Shown here: one piece after another, positions 58,971 to 64,000 of the stretch | How positions within the stretch are numbered: position 1 is the stretch's first letter | Layout: each line of letters opens with the position of its first letter | Assembly (NCBI GenBank): GCA_963827685.1 | Contig: CAWHBU010000001.1 | Span: 96,001-160,000 of the forward strand | DNA length: 64,000 bases | DNA from: an uncultured delta proteobacterium | GTDB taxonomy: Bacteria; Desulfobacterota; BSN033; UBA1163 | Direction: 5' to 3' | Translations under genes and position numbers: made by a program | The notes under the pieces: model-generated | Told to the model about the DNA's origin: nothing | What the model saw: the letters and a program-made list of their open reading frames with translations, nothing else | Database searches by the model: none

Positions 58971-61900
58971 CTAATTCAACCGGACCGAGACGACCTTCGA
59001 TACCCCGGGGGTCTCCATCGTAATCCCGTAGAGAGTATGAGCGGCCTCCATTGTATTCTTGTTGTGGGTGATCATGATAAACTGAGAGGTTTTTGAGAAT
59101 TCTTTGACCAATTCGATAAATCGATTGATGTTCGCATCATCCAGAGGTGCATCGACCTCATCAAGCAAACAGAAGGGCGTGGGTTTGATCATGAAGAGGC
59201 CGAAGAGCAAGGCTGTGGCCACTAAAGCTTTCTCTCCTCCAGAGAGGAGGTCGATATTCTGAAGCTTCTTTCCAGCGGGTTGGGCGATGATATCGATCCC
59301 TGTTGTGGCGGGGTCTTGTTCATCCAACATGATAAGGCTGGCCTGTCCCCCTTTAAACAGCCTCGTAAAAACCTCTTTAAATTTTTCATTGACCAAATGG
59401 AAGGCCTCCAAAAACCGCTTCGTCGTCGTCCGATTGATCCGGAGGATCGCCTTTTTTAAGGAATCGAGGGCTTGATGAAGGTCGGCCTGTTGTTCTGACA
59501 GGAAATCGTGCCGTTGTTTCAACTCCTGATATTCCTCAATGGCCATCAGGTTGACTTCTCCAAATCCTTCCAGGGAACTTTTTAACTCTCCCAACCGTCT
59601 TGACATCTCCTCCTTTGGGGATTCCTCAAGGGAAGCTCCTATCGAGGTGGAAAGGGTAGCCCCGTATCGTTCCTTCATCGACTCCTGAAGGTGAGAGAGT
59701 TTCAATTGAACCTCTGAGGCCAGAATCTCTTCCTCATGAATCTTCTGCCTTACCTCCTCCAACTCCCGACGCAGATATTTGGAGGAGGCTTCCACTTCTT
59801 TCCACTCGCTAAAGAGAGTTTCGACCTTCTCTTTTTGAGTGGCGAGTAATTCTTCTTTATGACGATGTTGTTGAAGGCCGCTTTCTAACTCCCCTTCCCA
59901 TTGTTGGATTTTTTCACGAAGGGAAATGGCTTCTCCCCGGCATTCCCTGATCCCCTTCACTTTTTTGAAGATCTGTTCTCTTAAAGTCCTTTGAGTTTCT
60001 GAGAGATTTTGGATTCGACCTTCGAGCCCTTTCTGCTTCTCCTCGATAGACGCCAGAATGACCTTTTTCTCAGTGATTTTTCCTCCCAATTCTTCTGTCC
60101 CTTCTCTAACTTCCTCCACCTTCTTCTTCCATGACTGGACTTGTTCCTCTCTCTCCTTTTTCGCAGCTTCCTCTGTCTCCGTTTGAGCAGAAACCTCCTC
60201 TTTCTCTTTCTCTAAATCTTGATTCTCCTCTTCGAGTTGCTTCTGTTCAAATTGGATGACCTCCATCTTCTGATGGAATTGGGAGATCTCCTTTTTCAAC
60301 CCTTCCAAATCTCTATCTTGATGGAGAAGCTCGATCTCCTTCTCCTGAATCTCCTTTCTTCTCCCCTCCAGCTGGTCTTCCCTCTCGCTGATCTCCTTTT
60401 GGAGGCGTTCTTCTTCCTCGTAGGCTTTTCGACATTCTTCCTCTAATTCTTTGACTCTCTGTTCTAAACCTCTTATCTCCCTTCGCCTCTCTAAAAGGCC
60501 GAGCCCTTGATCCCGGCTTCCTCCGGAGATCACTCCGGAGCTCTGCAGGATATCCCCTTCCAGGGTGACGAGGGTTCCAAACCCTCCGCCATTCTTCATC
60601 CAATGGAGTGCCTCCTCCCAGCGTTCGACGACCCCAACATCTCCGATCAGGAATTGTGCAATCGGGTCAAAGCCTTCTTTTACCTTGACGAAGCGAGAAA
60701 GAGGATAGGGCTTTCCTTCCTCTTGAGAGACTCGATTTTCTGTCCCGATCCCTTGAACCCCCCTGGGAATAAAACTCCCCCGCCCGAGTGACTCCCTCTT
60801 AAGAAAGGCCATTGCCTCCATGCCTTCCTTCTCTCCTTCCACAATCAAATACTGCAATCGCTGTCCCAAAACAGCTTCGAGAGGAATCTCATATTTCGGT
60901 TCTGGTTCCAGGATGTCCGCCACGGCTCCTAACATCCCCTTCCACGTCTCCTGCTCCTCTTTCTTTCGCAGGAGAAGTGACCTTACCCCTTTCTCATATC
61001 CCTCATAATTCTCTTGAAGCTCTTTGAGGGAGTGGTAGCGAGAACGGTCCTGTCTCAAGGTCTCCTCCAAGACAGAACGCTCTGCTTGCCTTAGACGCAA
61101 AACTTCTTTTAACCCCTCGATCTCTCCTTCCCATCGAACCTTTTCTTCCTGATAGATCGATTGGACGGAAAGGACGTGTTCTCTCTCCTTTATTTTTTCT
61201 GAGGTAGCCTCTTCCAATTGTTTGAGCTTCCGGTTCACTTCTTCAGATTCTTCATCATTGGAGCGAATTCGTTTCTGAAGATCTTCTTTCCTCTCCTCAA
61301 GGTGGGCGAGGCGGTTTTTGAGAGAGGTCAGTTGTGTGAGCGTGTCGATCAACTTCCCCTTCTCCGCTTCCAATTCATCTGAGAGCTCTTGGTGCGTTGC
61401 CCTAAAATCGCCAAAAACGATTTCCAGTTCTTTCAAAATTTCTTCGTTCTCATGGCGTTCTTCTTCCAGATCCCTCTGAACCTGTTCCATTCTTTTTCGT
61501 TCTTTTCTCGTGTCCCTCCAGGCCCTGAGGGATTCTCTGACCTCCTCAACAAATTGACTCTCTTGTTTTTGAAAGCCTCCTTCTTCTCTTCTGAAAAATT
61601 CTATTTCGCTTTCCGTCTTTTGAATTTTTCTACCCAGTTCAAAAATTTCCTGCTGGAGGTTCCGGAGCCTTTCCTCTTCCTCCATTCCCTTCAGCCTCTT
61701 GGTTTCGACGAAGGCCTCCTTCTGAGCGTTTTGGGTAGAAATCTCCATCTCTCGGTCTCGAAGGGCTTTAAGATAACCTCTTGCCGCCTCCCCCTTCTCC
61801 GAAAGCTCGGCGTATTCTTGGAGGGCAAAACGGATTTCGATTTCCTTGACCTCTTTCCGGATGGCCTTATACTCCTCTGCCCGCTTCACCTGCCGTTCCA

Positions 61901-62522
61901 GAGTGACGATCTGTCGCTTCACCTCGGCAATGATATCCTGAATTCGGAGAAGGTTCTGTTGCGTGGCCTCCATCTTCATCAAGGCGAGTCTTTTCCTTTC
62001 CTTGTATTTGGCAATGCCCGCCGCCTCTTCGATCAAGAAACGCCGATCCTGGGGATTGGCATTGATGAGATGTTCTACCCTTCCCTGTTCCACAATCGAA
62101 TAACCGTTCACTCCGATACCAGTGTCCAAGAAAAGATCGGTGATGTCTCGCAATCGGCAAGGCACTTTATTAATCAAGTATTCACTTTCTCCCGATCGAT
62201 AAAGCCTCCGGGTGACCGTAATCTCACTGTACTGCCCATATTCTTCGGGGGCCAATCCATCTTCATTGGCGAAAGTCAAATTTACCTCTGCCATCCCCAA
62301 AGGTTTTCTGCCGTCCGTCCCATTGAAGATGACATCCTCCATTAACCTTCCCCGTAAATGTTTGGCGCTCCGTTCCCCAATGGCCCAGAGCACCGCATCG
62401 ACGACGTTCGACTTCCCACAACCGTTGGGACCCACAATCGTCGTGATCCCCCCCGGAAAACTAAGGTGGAGACGATCCACAAAGGATTTGAATCCAATCA
62501 CTTCAAGTGATTTCAGCTTCAT
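58971..62522 (-). CDS. smc: Chromosome segregation protein SMC
   Basis: GFKSF, GPNGCGKSN, long coiled coils, hinge GG motif, LSGGE and LDEVDAPLD. ATG 62522 preferred as start. Confidence 0.97.
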   Translation of the reverse strand: MKLKSLEVIGFKSFVDRLHLSFPGGITTIVGPNGCGKSNVVDAVLWAIGERSAKHLRGRLMEDVIFNGTDGRKPLGMAEVNLTFANEDGLAPEEYGQYSEITVTRRLYRSGESEYLINKVPCRLRDITDLFLDTGIGVNGYSIVEQGRVEHLINANPQDRRFLIEEAAGIAKYKERKRLALMKMEATQQNLLRIQDIIAEVKRQIVTLERQVKRAEEYKAIRKEVKEIEIRFALQEYAELSEKGEAARGYLKALRDREMEISTQNAQKEAFVETKRLKGMEEEERLRNLQQEIFELGRKIQKTESEIEFFRREEGGFQKQESQFVEEVRESLRAWRDTRKERKRMEQVQRDLEEERHENEEILKELEIVFGDFRATHQELSDELEAEKGKLIDTLTQLTSLKNRLAHLEERKEDLQKRIRSNDEESEEVNRKLKQLEEATSEKIKEREHVLSVQSIYQEEKVRWEGEIEGLKEVLRLRQAERSVLEETLRQDRSRYHSLKELQENYEGYEKGVRSLLLRKKEEQETWKGMLGAVADILEPEPKYEIPLEAVLGQRLQYLIVEGEKEGMEAMAFLKRESLGRGSFIPRGVQGIGTENRVSQEEGKPYPLSRFVKVKEGFDPIAQFLIGDVGVVERWEEALHWMKNGGGFGTLVTLEGDILQSSGVISGGSRDQGLGLLERRREIRGLEQRVKELEEECRKAYEEEERLQKEISEREDQLEGRRKEIQEKEIELLHQDRDLEGLKKEISQFHQKMEVIQFEQKQLEEENQDLEKEKEEVSAQTETEEAAKKEREEQVQSWKKKVEEVREGTEELGGKITEKKVILASIEEKQKGLEGRIQNLSETQRTLREQIFKKVKGIRECRGEAISLREKIQQWEGELESGLQQHRHKEELLATQKEKVETLFSEWKEVEASSKYLRRELEEVRQKIHEEEILASEVQLKLSHLQESMKERYGATLSTSIGASLEESPKEEMSRRLGELKSSLEGFGEVNLMAIEEYQELKQRHDFLSEQQADLHQALDSLKKAILRINRTTTKRFLEAFHLVNEKFKEVFTRLFKGGQASLIMLDEQDPATTGIDIIAQPAGKKLQNIDLLSGGEKALVATALLFGLFMIKPTPFCLLDEVDAPLDDANINRFIELVKEFSKTSQFIMITHNKNTMEAAHTLYGITMETPGVSKVVSVRLN

Positions 62523-62733
62523 GCGCTCATCTCCGATGACAAGATCCAATCACCCAATTCGAATCCCGCCAAGGCGGGACCAAATAAATTCCAGTTACCC
62601 AATGTCCAAACAACCCACACACCTTTCGCGTCTTTTTTTCCAAAAATTCGGCCATTCCTGCCTGCCGGCAGGCAGGGGAATCTTGGTCATGAGTTGATGA
62701 CGGGTGTTTGGAAATGGCTTATTTAAATTCAAA

Positions 62734-63999
62734 TCAATTCGATTTTTCAATATATTCAATCGCTCTTTGGAGCCGTTTGATCACCGCTGTTCTACCCAGA
62801 ACCTCCATCACCTCGTCAATGGGAGGGCTAACGGTTCTCCCGGTGAGGGCCACCCGAATGGGCTGGGCAATCTTCACTAAAGGCTCTCCTCGCGTTTCAG
62901 CCAATTGTTGGATCAGTCGATGAGCATTCTCTTTTCCCAAAACCGATTCCTTCGCGGTCGGGTACGACCCGTCATCGAAAAACTTATCCGGATCTATTTT
63001 CTCAGCGATTTGGTCTGGTGTCAGACCGCTCTCGGATAACTTCTTAATCTCTTCTGTCAAACCCCTTATTGGGTTAACTCCAATCGATAGAGAAGCAATG
63101 ACCTGGTTGAATATCGGGATCGTCTCTCGGCTCAGAAATTTTCCGGCCGCTTTTTCATCATAAGTGATCTCTTCACAGAAGTAAAATTCTGAAAGCTCTG
63201 CCATCTCCACCAGGGTCTTGACTCTCTCTCTGAAAGAGAGAATGGCCTTTCTCAAAAGATCAGGATCGATGTTCGAATAGCCCTTGGCTTCGATAAAAGG
63301 CCGAACTCTCTGAACCAGTTCGTCCAATTCTATTTTCTTGATATACTGCGAGTTGAGCCAATCCAACTTCCCAGGATTGATCGCCGCTGCAGATCTCCCC
63401 ACTGCCTCCAGGCTGAATTTCTCGATCAGCTCCTCACGGGCGAATTCTTCCTGATCGCCGTAGGACCATCCCAGGCGGACCAAGTAATTGACAACAGCTT
63501 GAGGAAGATAGCCCAGCTTCTTATACTCCATGACCGATTGTGCCCCATGTCGTTTAGAAAGTTTTTTCTTATCCGGACCGAGGATCATCGGGACATGACC
63601 GAATTGGGGGATAGGGTAACCCAAGGCTTGATAAATCTGAAGCTGACGGGGGGTGTTGTTCAGATGGTCGTTTCCTCGTATGACATGCGTGACCCCCATG
63701 GTGGCATCGTCCACCACCACCGAAAAATTGTAAGTAGGGAGCCCGTCACTTCTCAGGATGATGAGGTCATCCAGTTCGGTATTGTCAAATTCCACCCGCC
63801 CTTGAATAAGATCCTCCACCACTGTCTTTCCTCCATCTGGAGAGAGGAAGCGGATGGCAGAAGGTTTTCCAGGAGGAAAGGATTTTCGATGAAGACATGT
63901 TCGATCGTATTTAGGCTTGATGCCGGCCTTCAGGGCGGCTTCCCGCTTTGTCTCCAACTCTTCTGGTGTACAGTAACAACGGTAAGCTTTCCCCTCTTT
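62734..63999 (-). CDS. gltX: Glutamate--tRNA ligase (5' end outside the window)
   Basis: YRCYC, PTYNF..VVDD, HVIRG.DHL.NTP.Q, KLSKRHGA, LGWS and IRVALTG..VSP. Confidence 0.96.
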   Translation of the reverse strand, partial: KEGKAYRCYCTPEELETKREAALKAGIKPKYDRTCLHRKSFPPGKPSAIRFLSPDGGKTVVEDLIQGRVEFDNTELDDLIILRSDGLPTYNFSVVVDDATMGVTHVIRGNDHLNNTPRQLQIYQALGYPIPQFGHVPMILGPDKKKLSKRHGAQSVMEYKKLGYLPQAVVNYLVRLGWSYGDQEEFAREELIEKFSLEAVGRSAAAINPGKLDWLNSQYIKKIELDELVQRVRPFIEAKGYSNIDPDLLRKAILSFRERVKTLVEMAELSEFYFCEEITYDEKAAGKFLSRETIPIFNQVIASLSIGVNPIRGLTEEIKKLSESGLTPDQIAEKIDPDKFFDDGSYPTAKESVLGKENAHRLIQQLAETRGEPLVKIAQPIRVALTGRTVSPPIDEVMEVLGRTAVIKRLQRAIEYIEKSN

Positions 64000-64000
64000 C

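Noticed and set aside
61389-62345. 318-aa plus-strand ORF and other long antisense ORFs (34141-34926, 37029-37928)
   Set aside because: They lie fully opposite well-supported genes and have no recognisable motifs.
62953-63084. Intein or intron in gltX
   Set aside because: Too short, no C/S...HN termini, and no group I/II intron features; the frame stays open.
1-64000. CRISPR array associated with the Cas4-like fusion
   Set aside because: No regularly spaced 25-45-bp direct repeats with unique spacers were seen, and no cas1/cas2.

Overview
Chromosomal window from an anaerobic bacterium whose gene content suggests a Desulfobacterota/deltaproteobacterium (inference). The core genes are ilvE, tmk-holB-ricT-metG, larB, ihfB, resB, a tetraheme cytochrome c3, smc and gltX. 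CoA-ester metabolism is prominent: a four-subunit class I benzoyl-CoA-reductase-like operon, three CoA ligases, a Liv-type ABC importer, an acyl-CoA dehydrogenase and two SDRs. The most unusual part is an accessory island at about 4.4-11.4 kb. It holds a Cas4/TM0106-like nuclease + RNase H-like exonuclease + IS66 transposase fusion, bracketed by a diverged duplicate of the 3' end of a DUF3047 gene. This is followed by a tightly coupled four-gene operon (ParB CTPase, ParB-like HTH protein, PD-(D/E)xK-like nuclease, Zn-ribbon/PAPS-reductase-family enzyme), a candidate undescribed DNA modification/defence system. The ORF track splits two selenoproteins at UGA (a GrdB/PrdB-family protein and a rhodanese-ferritin fusion). 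The window also has an intact IS630, purQ and cysteine desulfurase remnants, a 44-aa insertion in GltX, a candidate 6S-like RNA, and many nested intergenic palindromic repeats, one of them in-frame inside a gene. All family assignments come from motif recognition by eye; no searches were run.
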